A DNA stretch of 64,000 nt from the human T2T-CHM13v2.0 reference genome, Homo sapiens: assembly GCF_009914755.1 (NCBI RefSeq), contig NC_060927.1. One strand, written 5' to 3'. A program made the position numbers and the translations under genes. Positions 13,536 to 27,168 of this stretch are shown one piece after another. Every line of letters begins with the position of its first letter. Positions within the stretch are counted from its first letter, which is position 1. Below the pieces are notes generated by a model, which had not been told where the DNA came from, made no database searches, and was given only the letters and a program-made list of their open reading frames with translations.

Positions 13536-14147
13536 AGACACATAGACCAATGGAACAGAATAGAAAACTCAGAAATAAGACCACACATCTAGAACCATCT
13601 GATCCTTGACAAAACTGACAAAAACAAGCAATTGGGAAAGGATTCCCTATTTAATAAATGGTACTGGGAGAACTGGCTAGCCATATGCAGCACAATGTAA
13701 CTGGATCCCTTTCTTACGACTTACAAAAAAATTAACTCAAGATGGATTAAAGACTTAAATGTAAAACCTAAAACTATAAAAACCCTAGAAGAAAATCTAG
13801 GCAATACCATTCAGGACATAGTCACTGGCAAAGATTTTATGATGAAAATACCAAAAGCAATTGCAACAAAAGCAAAAATTGACAAATGAGATCTAATTAA
13901 ACTGAAGAGCTTCTGCACAGCAAAAGGAACTATCATTGGGGTGAACAGACAACCTACAGAATGGGAGAAAATTTTTGCAATCTGTCCATCTGACAAAGGT
14001 CTAATATCCAGAATCTACAAAGAACTTAAACAAATTTACTAGAAAAAAAAAAAAGAAAACAGCATTAAAAGGTGGGCAAAGGACATGAACAGACACTTCT
14101 CAAAAGAAGACATTCCTGTGGCCAACAGACATATAAAAAAAAGGCTC

Positions 14148-14426
<279 letters not shown>

Positions 14427-16079
14427 TCAAGATCACTGATCATTAGAGAAATACAAATCAAAATCACAATGAGATACCATCTCACACCAGTCAGAATGGC
14501 GATTATTAAAAAGCCAAAAAACAACAGATGCTGGTGAAGTTGCGTAGAAAAAGGAACACTTTTACACTCTTGGTGGGAACATAAATTAGTACAACCATTG
14601 TAGAAGATAGTGTGGCAATTCCTCAAAGATCTAGAAGCAGAAATACCATTTGACCCAGAAATCCCATTACTGGGTATATACCCAGAGGAGTATAAATCAT
14701 TCTATTACAAAGATACGTGCAAACATATGTTCATTGCAGCACTACTCACAATAGCAAAGATATGGATTCAATCCAAATGCCCAGCAATGATAGACTAGAC
14801 AAAGAAAATGTGGTACATATACACAATGCGGCCATAAAAAGGAATTACATTATGCCATTTGAAGGGACATGGATGGAGCTGGAAGCCATTATCCTCAGCA
14901 AATTAACGCAGGAACAGGAAACTGAACACCGCATGTTCTAACTTACAAGTGGGAGCTGAACAATGAGAATACATGGACGCTTGGGGGGAAACAACACACA
15001 CTGGGGCCTGTCATGTGTTGGGGTGGGAGGAGGGAGAGCATCAGGGAGAATAGCTAATGGATGCTGAGCTTAATACCTAGGTGACGGATTGATCTGTTCA
15101 GCAAACCACCATGGCACATATTTACCTGTGTGACAAACCTCCACATCCTGCACATGTACCCTGGAACTTAAAAGTTCAAGAAAAAACATAAATATAAATA
15201 AAGAAAGAATTTCAAGTGAAGATGATTAAATAAACAGTTATATATAGCAACAGCAGTATAAAATATGAAAAAATAGGCAAATATTGATGATTATTCATGA
15301 ACTTGAGTTGGTAATAGGCATAATACCATGTATTAACTGTGTGGACTGTTTGATATGAAAATAAAAGGAAAACACAAAACTACTAACTTGCCAGCAGTAA
15401 AAATGTACAGTACTAACTGTAAATAATTGCAATAGCTCACATGTGATAATCTGCTCAGTTAACTCCTAACTAAATGGAGCCATACATGTCACACTGCAAG
15501 AGTGTACTGGAGACATATACTTTGAAGATGCTGCCTTCCACCTCCTAAAGTTTATTATCATAAAAATCAAGATCTTACTATGTCTCAGGTACTTATTACT
15601 AGTATATTAAACATATTTAGATGTTTTATTAATATATACTATGTAATAAACGGAAGAAGTAATTTGCTAAGAGTTTCTATAGGTGCAATTAATTTTTCCA
15701 AAATTTGCTTAACATTTGTTGGTGACTGTCACTAATTAAAGACTCAAAAGTAGAGTAAATATTTTTCAAAAATTACTTCTTAACCTCATTGCAAAGTCTT
15801 AATATAATTGAAAAGATACGCCTGACAGGATAAAACATCAGTATTCTAAATAAACTAACTAAAAATAAATTTTAATCTCTATTTCATTTTAAAAAAATCA
15901 CATTCTTGCACATTCTGAAAAGTTAGCGACAGATATCTTCTTCAAACCTCCCTCTCCTCCACCTTTCAGTCTTTCTCCTTCTGTGCCCTAACCCTACTAT
16001 AACATCATTATCCACAACTCATGAATGGGGGTTCCTTGTCCCCGATGAATGATTGCTAAGATGCAATTACAATGAGTGA

Positions 16080-16415
16080 AGTTCCTAATAACAAAATCAA
16101 CAAGGTGAATAAGCCAGCTATGTCCACTGACTGCACCAGTATTTGCTTAATAGGCTAAGGATGAAAGTAGCCCTGTTGTCAAGAGAGGCATTTGTACATT
16201 AACCTAAAATAGAGAATTTCCCTTACTAAGGATGATCTGGCTATAACCACTGCAGAGCACCAAATAGTTCAGCACTAGCAATCAACCTCAACGTTCTCAT
16301 TCAGTACCAAATATTACAGTTGGGTAATCAGATAGAGTTGATTGGACAGGATGGCATAATGAGCATCTTCCCTCTATGAGCAAGAATGAATTGAACTCCC
16401 TGAAACACATACTAT
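16080..16415 (+). mobile_element. ERVL/MaLR-type internal fragment (degenerate pol/integrase N-terminus)
   Basis: Degenerate translations PVFA**AKDESS and PLTKDDLAITTAEH resemble ERVL pol AQWAHEQSGH and LPLTKADLATATAEC. Confidence 0.65.
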
Positions 16416-16419
16416 TTTA

Positions 16420-17250
16420 AAACTGTGATGGCAAAAGAGAATTTTTATAGCAATTCGAAGGTGTTTCTTGTTTATGAATCTATTAATACAGTTGACTACA
16501 TACATAGATCAAAGGACAAATTCTTATTTTCAAATGCATGCCCCAAATTTATCTGATAAATTCATTGAACATTATTATTAAATGTAATAGTTGAAAATGT
16601 AATACAAGAAAACCATCTAATGTAAAATATTATTTCTCCCAAATTTCTCTACAGATTTTTAAAATGAGACAAGAGTTCACAATATCTCTACCCTTACTTA
16701 ACATAATTCTGTTAGCCCATGTAATTAAAAACAATAAAATAAAATAGAATGTATAATTATATGGATTATTTATAGATAAGAAAAATATACATTAAAAAAA
16801 CCAAGAAAATTCACGTAAAAATAGAACTATTAGAGAGATCAGCCTGGAAGCATATGAAAAATTTAACACAGAAAAATGTCCTAGCTATTCAGCTATTTCC
16901 AGTTTAAAAATGTGATAAATGAACATATTAAATTTAAAATAATAAAGATTAATATTCAAGTTATAATAATAAATCTGTCTAAAGCTATATTGATATGTTT
17001 GAAAACATGCAAAGACATAAGAGTGGAATCCTTCATAAATACATAGTTATGACATTCCTGGATGGGAATAAAAAGAAAAACATCAGCATAAGATCTGGGG
17101 ACTAAAACATAAGGACAAACAAAGATGACAGAATAATACACACAATGTATATGCTCCAAAAATTATAAAAATAACATTACTAACAAGAAACTGGATGGAA
17201 AAAGGAGGAAAAAGTGAAAACTAGACCACTCTTGCTGACTTCCATCTCAG
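16420..17250 (+). mobile_element. Ancient L1M (L1ME-like) ORF2 relics
   Basis: A-rich L1-like phrases, e.g. 'aaatagaactattagagagatcagc' and 'gacattcctggatgggaa'; low resolution by eye. Confidence 0.45.
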
Positions 17251-17274
17251 TATTAACTAAAAAGGTAATCCTTT

Positions 17275-17599
17275 GGTTGGGAGCAGTAGCTCATGCCTGT
17301 AATTCCAGTACTCTGGGAGGCCGAGGCAGGTGGATCACTTGAGGTCAGGAGTTCAAGACCAGTCCGGCTAACACGGTAAAACCCCATCTCCACTAAAAGT
17401 ACAAAAATTAGCTGGGTGTGGTGGCATGTGCCTGTAGTCCCAACTACTTAGGAGGCTAAGGCAGGAGTTCCAACTACTTAGGAGGCTGAGACAGGAGAAT
17501 CACTTGAACCAGGGAGGGGGAGGTTGCAGTGAGCCAATATGGTGCCACTGTACTCCAGCCTTGGCAAAAGAGCAAGACTATATCTCAAAAAAAAAAAAA
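17275..17599 (+). mobile_element. AluS with internal 30-bp tandem duplication
   Basis: Alu dimer; copies at 17437-17466 and 17467-17496; imperfect TSD aaaaggtaatcc/aaagggaaatct. Confidence 0.95.
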
Positions 17600-18441
17600 G
17601 GGAAATCTTTTGAAGTTGATACATCATCTACTGTATACTTAAGTGGAACCACTTTGTAGCAGACTTATTTCTTGATTCAGTGCAAATTACACTTCCATTA
17701 TCCATAAATAAGTTTTGTAAACAGGGTATTCCATTTTTATAGTGACCATTCTGGAAACTGCAGTTTGTGACCCATGGAGTCTGATGGCTATCAATAGCAA
17801 TACCCACAGAGAAAATTTATCTACAAACTTTATAGCAACACTTGAACCCTCATTATGGACACTGTTTTCAAAATCGTGATTACAACCAAACTCTTAGTCC
17901 TAAAGTGTTGTTTATCATTATCATTATTAATTTCCAATTCCTCCTGACTGGGAATTATTGAAAACCCTCTAGAACATTAACAGAGCTCCCCATGTCTGGT
18001 CCAGCCTGACTTCCTCTTCTCAGAGACCTTCTTTTCTGCTGTATTTCTTGTAAAGTATTCCATGTTATTCTTTCTGGAATGGTTTCAAACATATCAAAAC
18101 TCTCACTACCAATCACAGAAAGCTGTAAGTTGCTGTTTAGATCCTTGCTCTTGTCAGTGTTATGACATTTGCTGTGCTTGAAGGTTCCCTGAAGAAATGG
18201 CTGCCGTGTGTTACTATGACCTTGGGAATGGTCTCTCACAGAATGGAGCCTGCGTTATCCTTGTGAGGGCCTGTGTGCTGTTCTCTCACCACTGGGTCTA
18301 TGTTCTCTACCAGGCTTCAGCAATGAGGAGGATGTCTAAATTTATCACTTTTTGTTAGGAAGAATAACAAGTACTTTCTGGGAAGGAAAATGAGCGCCAT
18401 GATTTACTGTGATCAACACTTAGCCTTAGCCCTCCCCATTC

Positions 18442-18724
18442 TTTTTTTGTTTGTTTGTTTGAGACGGAGTCTCGCCCTGTTCCCCAGGCTGGAGTGCAAT
18501 GGCGCAGTCTCGGCTAACTGCAACCTCCGCCTCCCGGGTTCAAGCGATTCTGCTGCCGTAGCCTCCTAAGTGGCTGGGATTACAGGCGCGCGCCACCATG
18601 CCCGGCTAATTTTTGTATTTTTAGTAGAGACGGGGTTTCACCATATTGGTCAGGGTGGTCTCGAACTGACCTCGTGATCCACCCGCCTCGGCCTCCCAAA
18701 GTGCTGGGATTACCGTGCCTGGCC
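18442..18724 (-). mobile_element. AluS (Sg-like)
   Basis: gagacggagtctcgcc...gtgcctggcc; TSD agccct(c/t)cccattctt. Confidence 0.97.
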
Positions 18725-18999
18725 AGCCCTTCCCATTCTTAATGTCTCCTGAAGTACGTTAAAGATTTCCTTTTTAACCATTTCATGTCTAGTTTTATGT
18801 GAGCTTGAGGATAATTGGTGACATTCACTCAATGTTATATATTTTAATGTAAATAAGTAACAGTAATTCCTTGTAAGTAAAGGTGTTTTCTCTTTATTTC
18901 TTCCTATTTTAAGATCACAAATCATACACTGATTTTAATAGAAAGAAGAAACTTTCAATTGCATAAAATGAAATTTATACTCACAGATACAATATTAAA

Positions 19000-19165
19000 T
19001 TAGTGCTTTTCAAACTTTAAAGTACTTAAGAATCACTTAGGAATCTTGTTAAAATTCAGATTTTGATTCAGTAGGTCTGAGAAGGTGTCTAATATTCTGC
19101 ATTTCTAACAATTTTCTTAGTGATGCCAATGCTACCTAATTATGGGCCTCACTTTTATTTGCAAT
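19000..19165. mobile_element. MER5B-like MITE
   Basis: 'aatcacttaggaatcttgttaaaattcagattttgattcagtaggtctg...ctgcatttctaaca'. Confidence 0.8.
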
Positions 19166-19250
19166 TATTTAAGTAGACTTTATTATGAATGGTCATTGGA
19201 GGATTATGCAAGCTTAAACAAACACAGACACCCACAAAAACACATAAATA

Positions 19251-20518
19251 TAGTCATCCACTGCCTACGGAAATTTTAGTCAATGATTACCACATGTGTG
19301 ATAGTGGTCCCATAAGATTATAAAGACATTGCAAAATTCCTATTGCATAGCGACGTTGCAGTCATCATAATGTTGTAGCACAACACATTACTCAGGTATT
19401 TATGATGATGCTGGTATAAACAAACCTACTGTGCTGCCAATTGTATAAAAGTATAACACATATAATTATTTATACTACCTAATACTTGATAAGGAAAATA
19501 AATGAGTACATTACTGGTTTACATTTACTATACATTTTATCTTTATTTTATAGTATACGCCTAATTATTAAAAAAAATCATAAAACAGCCTCAGGCAAGT
19601 TCTTCAGGACGTATTCTAGAACTCATTGTTATAGGAGATGATAACTCCATGTGTGTTACTGCTCCTGAAAACCTTCCAGTTGGACAAGATGTGGAGGTGG
19701 AAGAAAATGATATTGGTTATCTTGACCCTGGGTAGGCCTGGGCTAATGTGTGTATTTGTGTGAAGACAGTGATATTGGTTATCTGGACCCTGGGTAGGCC
19801 TGAGTTAATGTGTGTATTTGTGTATCAGTTTTTAGAGAAAAAAGTTTAAAAAGTTAAATAAAATATTTTAAATATTTTAAAAACATAAAATAGCTTATAG
19901 AATAAGAATAAAAGAAATGTTTTTGTACAACTGTACAATGTATATGTGTCTTAAGTTTTAGTATTATTTTTAAAAGTCAAAAAGTTTAAATATTAGTTTG
20001 TAAAGTAGAAAAGTTATAGTAAGCTATTGCTAATATATTATTAAAGAAAAGTATTTTTATAAATTTAGTGTAGTCTAAGTGTACAGTATTTATGAGGCCC
20101 ACGGTATTGTATAATAACATCTTAGGCATTCACATTCACTCATTATTCACTCTCTGACTCACCCAGTTCTGCAAGCTCCATTTGTGGTAAATGTCCTATA
20201 CAGGTGTATCATTTTTCATCTTTTATACTATACTTTTACTGTACCTCTTGTATGTTTACATACACAAATATTTATTGTGTTACAATTGCCTAAAGTATTC
20301 AGTTCAGTAACATGATATACATGTTTGTAGCCTACCCGCAACAGGCCATACCATATTTGTAGCCTATAGGCTACTAAACTATAGGATATACCATATAGTG
20401 CAGTAGGCTATACCATCTAGGTTTGTGTAGGTAGACGCCATGATGTTCTCACAATGACAAAATTGCCTAACAACACATTTCTCAGAACATATCCTCATCG
20501 TTATTTGATTCATAACTG
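19251..20518 (-). mobile_element. Tigger3 (3b-like) non-autonomous DNA transposon
   Basis: Termini tagtcat... and ...catttctcagaacatatcctcatcgtta...actg with TA TSDs; about 1.27 kb; internal duplication of about 61 bp at 19700-19823. Confidence 0.9.
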
Positions 20519-20950
20519 TATATGCAAACACTCAAAAAATTTTTTTAAAATAAGCTTCCATAAATCAAAAAGCATGGTACTTCTTATGAATTTTTTTTTC
20601 TGATACTTAAGAAGTTTTTTTTTTTTTTGCTTTCAGTAAAGAAAAAGAAATCTTCATAAAACACCATCATACCAGAAGTTGAAGATTCTCTCTTGTAACT
20701 CCTAATGGACTTTCTCAGACTTTGTAGCAATTCTTGGAAAATCAAAGCCATTTGTATAATGAGGTAAACTGAAAACAACTACACCAACAATAAGGGTATG
20801 CACATGACACCATTAGCAGGAATATAAGCCAGCCTCCATAACAAGAAAGGTTTGGTGTACATGCATGAGACAGTTTAATCAAGCCAGGGAGAATTTGTTG
20901 AAGTAAATAACATGCTTCCAGAGACCATGTGCTGATGAACTGAAAGTATT

Positions 20951-21280
20951 GGCTAGGTGCGGTGGCTCACGCCTGCAATCCCAACAGTTTGGGAGGCCGA
21001 GATGGGCGGATCACGAGGTCAGGAGTTCAAGACCAGCCTGGCAAAGATGGCAAAAACCTGCCTCTACTAAAAATACAAAAAAATTAGCAGGGAGTGGTGA
21101 TGGGTGCCTATAATCCCAGCTACTTGGGAGGCTGAGGCAGAGAATTGCTTGAACTCGGAAGGGCGGAGGTTGCAGGGTTGCAGTGAGCCGAGACCACGCC
21201 ACTGCACTCCATCCTGGGCGACAGAGGGAGACTCCATCTCAAAAAAAAAAAAAAAAAAAAGAAAAGAAGAAAAAAAAAAG
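20951..21280 (+). mobile_element. AluS
   Basis: ggctaggtgcggtggctca...ctccatctc plus long A tail; TSD gaaa(g/a)tatt. Confidence 0.97.
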
Positions 21281-21459
21281 AAAATATTTTCAACCAGTTC
21301 TATAATATTTAAGAGATATTTGTATCTTTTTTATACAAAGATATGTGCAGTTATAAGATAACCATTCTAACCACAGTTTAAAAGAACTGAGAGAGGATTT
21401 AATATTTAAAAATTTATTTCATAAATCTTCATTGTAAAACAAGTTACTTGAGAAGAGTA

Positions 21460-21700
21460 ATATAATAATGATGTTTTCATTTACTGAGAACCTAGTAAGT
21501 GCCACCACATACTATGCAAAGCACTTTACATGAGTTAGCTTATTTAATACTCAAAATCTCCCCTTGAGACAGGTGTTATTATTAGTCCCACTTTACAGAT
21601 GAAGAAACTGAGTCTCAAGGAAATTATACAAATTTTCCAAGGTAACACAGCTAATTAATATTAGACCTGAGATTCTAACCTAATTCTGTATGATTCTAAA
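21460..21700 (-). mobile_element. MIR
   Basis: 'ccactttacagatgaagaaactgag...ccaaggtaacacagctaat' is the reverse MIR core. Confidence 0.85.
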
Positions 21701-21750
21701 CAATGAGTTGTTTAAATATGTTGTATCATTTCCAAGCATCTTTCTTTATC

Positions 21751-21928
21751 AATGGTTCTCAAAATTTGTTCAGAAACCTTAGCATCTCCTGGGAACTTGT
21801 TAGAAATGCAAATACTTGGTCCCCATTTCTGACACCTTAGAACAGAAAATCTAGAAGTGGAACCGAGTAATCTGTGCTTTAACAACCCTCCAGGTAATGT
21901 TGATGCATATTAAAAAGTAAGAATCAGT
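21751..21928. mobile_element. MER5A
   Basis: 'tggttctcaaa...ctcctgggaacttgttagaaatgcaaat...ctttaacaaccctccaggt'. Confidence 0.85.
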
Positions 21929-22316
21929 GATATGTATTAACATTAATATCATACATTAGAAATTTGATTTTTCTTAGATGAGGTATGATCAGAAGTGTGA
22001 ATTTGGACATTTTAATAGCATTCTATTTAAATGAATGCCATTAAAGATGTTAAGAAGGTGTACCTACACAAAAGAATTTCTCCTTGACATCTTGGCTCCT
22101 GGTTACACTTCTTTAGGAGGGAACCAATTATTTCATAAGATTAAGGATAAGGCAAAAAATGTATGCACTTAATCACATTTCCTAGAACACACATTTTCAT
22201 GCTGCTACTTATAATAAATACTTTTATGTTTCTTAGTTTTTAAGAGAAGCCCCCTAATGTTTTATTTGATTGAATACACTTATTGTAATATGAATTGTCA
22301 AAAAAAGTATACTCTC

Positions 22317-22839
22317 TGTGAAGAACCAGGTAAAATCAAGAACCTGATTTTACCCTACAATCAGGCTAATAAGTTAGCCTGCCACAATGTGGTAAACACT
22401 GTCAGAAGTCAGAAGACTCCTAGGTCAGAGACAAAGGATTTTATTAATCACGGCAATAACAGTAGCCAGAGTATCAACTTTTTCTTATACAGAATCCCCA
22501 AGTCTCAGTTACCACAGAGGGACCTGATGCAAAGAGGGCCAGGTGATACTTGCACACACAGTGAATTGCATTACCCGAGAGGAACACTGACCTGAGCTAG
22601 CAGTACCTTTTTTAATGGGCAGTAGATATGCTTGACCTTTACTCTAGAAGGAGCCACTATTATCTTTCACAGCTATAAGCAAACTTGCTTTTGCTCTGAA
22701 GGGAGACACACTCTCTACTTCCAACATTGTTTGTTATACAAGCATCCTTGAAAAGATAGCCTAGAGAAAAGTCTATTAGTGCCCCTGTTTGGAAGACATA
22801 CAGAAACGTAAGAGATCCATGGAGAATTGTTTCCCAGTA
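22317..22839 (-). mobile_element. LTR40-like ERVL solo LTR
   Basis: Right end 'gagatccatggagaattgtttcccagta' is the reverse complement of the LTR40 start; 'gctaataagttagcctgccac' motif. Confidence 0.75.
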
Positions 22840-24470
22840 CCTTCATTTCATATATGTTTGACAAGACTAGCCCTTTTCTTGAAAATGCCAAATGGATATA
22901 GCCAAGAGTTGCACAGCTCTAAAACATTAGATTTGTCTGTAATGCAATTGCTTGTTAAATTTTTAAAAGATGACATATGCTGTATAGTTTAAGGTCATTT
23001 TTAACTTGGAAAAAACACATTCTGAGCAGGAAATTTTCTAGATTATCTGAAATAAGTTCTACTTCTCATAATTCAATATAATATGGACATACATGTCATT
23101 TAATATTAAATTATAAATCAAGAATACATTTTGGAATCTCCCACTAAAATCTCAGAATTTAGCTTTTCTCACTGTGTGGCGTTACTTAGCGATAAGCCTA
23201 GCAACACACTGCTTCTAAAGAGGAGCCGAAGTATCAAATTGGGGTGGCCCAAAAAGAATCACTTAGAAAAACAGCAGTTATTCACAATGCAAGATATTAA
23301 TGTCTGATACAATTAGGAGCAACACTTATTTCCCACTTTGAAATCAATTCTCTGATTTAAATGTTCACAACTTCTGCCTAAATCAAGGGAAAATAAAAGG
23401 GTGAGGGTTGGTTTTTGAGGAAGCCTGGGTGAATTAATGTGGTTTCATTTACATTTCTTTCTTTGCAAATAATATCTCCTTAATTCATTAGTATAACCTA
23501 TGAACAGCTACTGTGGATGTGTTCTAGATTTTGCTATCAGGTGATAATTGTTTCTGGTCCACATTTTCTGTTCTAAATTAATTAACTTCACATGCTAAGT
23601 TGTTTGTTAAGGAGATATTTGTTTTCTAACAGTAAGATGAATTGCAATATCCAATAACTGCTCTTCAAATACCTTTTGGAACAAAGAGTAAATAAACAGA
23701 AATGATAAAAGGAAAGTAAGAAAGGAAGGTGGGAGAGAAGGAAGGAGGGAAGGAAACATGAAAATAGAGAGAAAAGAGTTGAAAACAATTTGGTATATAA
23801 CTATTTATTTAATGATTATGGAAAACAATGAAGGAGAACTATTAAAATGTATTTTTGTTTTTCAAGTTAAAAGTAGGACCTCTTCCCAAAGGACATTTGT
23901 TTGGGATTTTGGCAATAAGTTACTGTAAAAGCAACAGTTCAAACATCAATGAATACATACAATTTTTATAAGGCACAATAGTGCTGAAAGCTTAACAGAA
24001 ATTTAATGTTGAAGTTTGTAAGTTCTTATTGCCTTGACATTGTTTATTACTCGGAATTGCATTAGGACATTAGGCTTCACTTCACCTGTTCTCATGTCAA
24101 AACTGATCTTTCAGAATTCCTCCTCTGATATTCATTTGCTTCCTTTCCTTATGATATTCCATCTTTGACAAATATGTTCATGTAAATGTGCAGAGTAAAA
24201 CATAAATTATTCTACAGATTCTTAAGAAAGTGCCCTTAATCTATAGTATTATATTAATATATTAATGTATAAAATCAAAACTCTTCTGGTGATTTTCTTT
24301 TGTAAAGCCCAAGAAAGTAAGAGGTGTATAATCACACACCACATGCAGAAAGTATACAGTATATATTGTTATTTAATACATGGGCACGACAGTAATTTAA
24401 AGTAAAAATCAAGGCAAGATTGTTGCCTAGGGACCACAGGAATGATATGCAATACATTAAATGCTAGGAA

Positions 24471-25025
24471 TGTGTTTCAATCATTATTCTATGTAACAAA
24501 ACACCAATTTAGTAGTTTAAAACAACAAACATTTCATTTTATTACAATTCTGCAATTTGGGTTAGGTGCACATCTAGGCAATTCTTTTGCTGGTCTTTTC
24601 TAGAAGCACTCAAGTGGGTGAAGTCATATGGTAGCTTGACTGGGGCTAAAAAGTCTCAATCACATTTCTGATGGTAGTTGTTCACTGGTTGGTCTTGTAC
24701 ACCTCAGCTACAACAGCTCTTCTCTGTCTCACATTGCCTTTAATCCTGCACTGGCTAGACAGAGCTTTCACTTAATGGTAGAAGTGTTCCAAGACAGCAA
24801 GGATAGAAACCGCCAAGCCTATTGAGGCCAAGTCTCTTTTGCCATACTCATGTCACTGTTGCCATATTCATCTGGTGAAAGCAACTCACAGATGAGCCCA
24901 AATTCTAGAGGTGGATAAACAGATTTTACCTTTTGATTAGAGAGGTGGTGAAAACATTTTGCAAAAAGGCATGAACACAGAGATAAGGAGAATTATTGAA
25001 GTCATTATTACAAGTAATATAACAC
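24471..25025 (-). mobile_element. Old MLT1 (MaLR) LTR
   Basis: 'tatgtaacaaaacacc...ttagtagtttaaaacaacaa...ctgccatattc...gcaactcacagatgagcccaaattc'. Confidence 0.75.
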
Positions 25026-25423
25026 AAGATTGAGTCAAAGTTTGTCCTAAGATTTATAAGTATGCTTAAAAATCAGAAACAGAATAATCACACACAGCAC
25101 ACCCACCCATACACACAATGCTCTTCCAAGTTTAGGGTACCAGATATTACATAAAGTCACCATTCCATTTATCCCCTCACCACCAAGACAATCCTGCCCC
25201 AGCATTTCTGCCTTCACTTTTGAAGCTAGATTATTCAAGAGAGTACTTAGACCATAAAATATACTTAAGTCTTGACCGTTGTCCTAACCTACATCTACCA
25301 CTCAGAGGAACTTGCAGTGTTTACCTTGCCAACTGTCAATGAGTGAAGCCTTCAGTTAAAACCAATCCGTTGTTTTAAGGGAATTTACAACACAGACTTC
25401 TTCCAAAAAAGATAGAGATTAGA

Positions 25424-25746
<323 letters not shown>

Positions 25747-25934
25747 TCAATTCAGAAAGCATCCTTCTTTCTATGTTATGTGTTTTTATAATTTTTTAAA
25801 TTTCTGATAGCCCTTTAGGAGTCTAAAGTTAAAATTTATTCCCTTAAAGAAGAATGTTCACTCTGGAGAGCCCATGAAGTAGACAAGATTATTTAAAATA
25901 TTTTACTATACTATAATAAGTCTTCCTTTATCTT

Positions 25935-26193
25935 CTTTTCTTTTTTTTTCTTTCTTAGACAAGATCTTACTCTGCCTCAAACTTCTGGGCTCAAGTGATC
26001 CTCCTGTCTCAGCCTTTTGGATAACCAGGACTGTAGACATGAGTAACCATGCGTGGCTAATTTTTTGTTGTTTTTTAAGAGATGAGATCTCTCCATGTCG
26101 CCCAGGCTGGTTTCAAACTACTGGCCTCAAGTGATCTTCCCACCTCAGCCTCCTGAGTATCTAGGTTTATAAGCATAAGCCACTGAGCCCAGC
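25935..26193 (-). mobile_element. AluJ-like, internally deleted
   Basis: 'tgggctcaagtgatcctcctgtctcagcc' and 'ggcctcaagtgatcttcccacctcagcc'; high divergence. Confidence 0.88.
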
Positions 26194-27168
26194 TATGATT
26201 TCCTTTATTTCTATCTACTGTAGCATTTGGGTTTGAATGTTGCTTTTCATGCTCATCATCTGGCATCTGTCTTATTTCTAAATCCAGAAATAATCATCAG
26301 TTTTTATGAAATGTAGCCTACTGAAATGGAAAAAGTCTAAATTCCAAATTTTGTATTAATTTCCTAAAAATCCCTTATCTAGAGAGGCAATATGGAACAT
26401 AGACCTCACCTAATCCCAAACATCAGAGCAAGACTGAGTTGAAAAGTGAAATTTCCAGCAATGACCTTAAAAGGAGGGAAAACTGAAGGCAAATAGGTCT
26501 TGATATCTCCAGCCACACATGATGACTTTAGTCCAGTAATATTATCTATTAAATACTAGCCTGTTTTTTGATGCCAGGTAGGACATGAGAGAAATCAATC
26601 CTTGACCCAGGGCGTATGTTTAAAAAATTATACAAAAGAATGCAGAACAGGGCATGAAAATTTGAGTGCAAGCTACTCTCTTAGATTATATATTTTCTTT
26701 TGCTAATAACTTTGATAAAATAAAATATTATTTTGAACCTGCAAGTCAAAAATTAAGAAAGAAAAAGATTTTTTAAATTCAAAAATCTATAGGATTTCTT
26801 CATGACTAAAAACGTTGACTTGAAAAAAATAAAGCTTGAAATTTTACATCCACTAATAAAATATAAGACCCGGGGAAGCTGGGGGAAAATCCAAAAGCTT
26901 TACTGAAAGCTCTAAGGTCAACGTAAAATAATTTTAAAAAGAGTTGTGGACTTATCATAGATTCTAACTGGACAAGTTCAATTTGTTTTGTGGAATTTTC
27001 TTGCTTTCTCTGTTCATCAAGACTTCAAACCATGCTTCCTTTTAGAAAAGGAACCAAAGCAGGTCTCCACATTATGTCCTGCAGATGAAGTTCTACCATG
27101 TTCAAGACACCTTTGCTACATAGCTCAATAAGGAAATAGAGTCAGAAGGAACCTTAGAGAACATAAAC

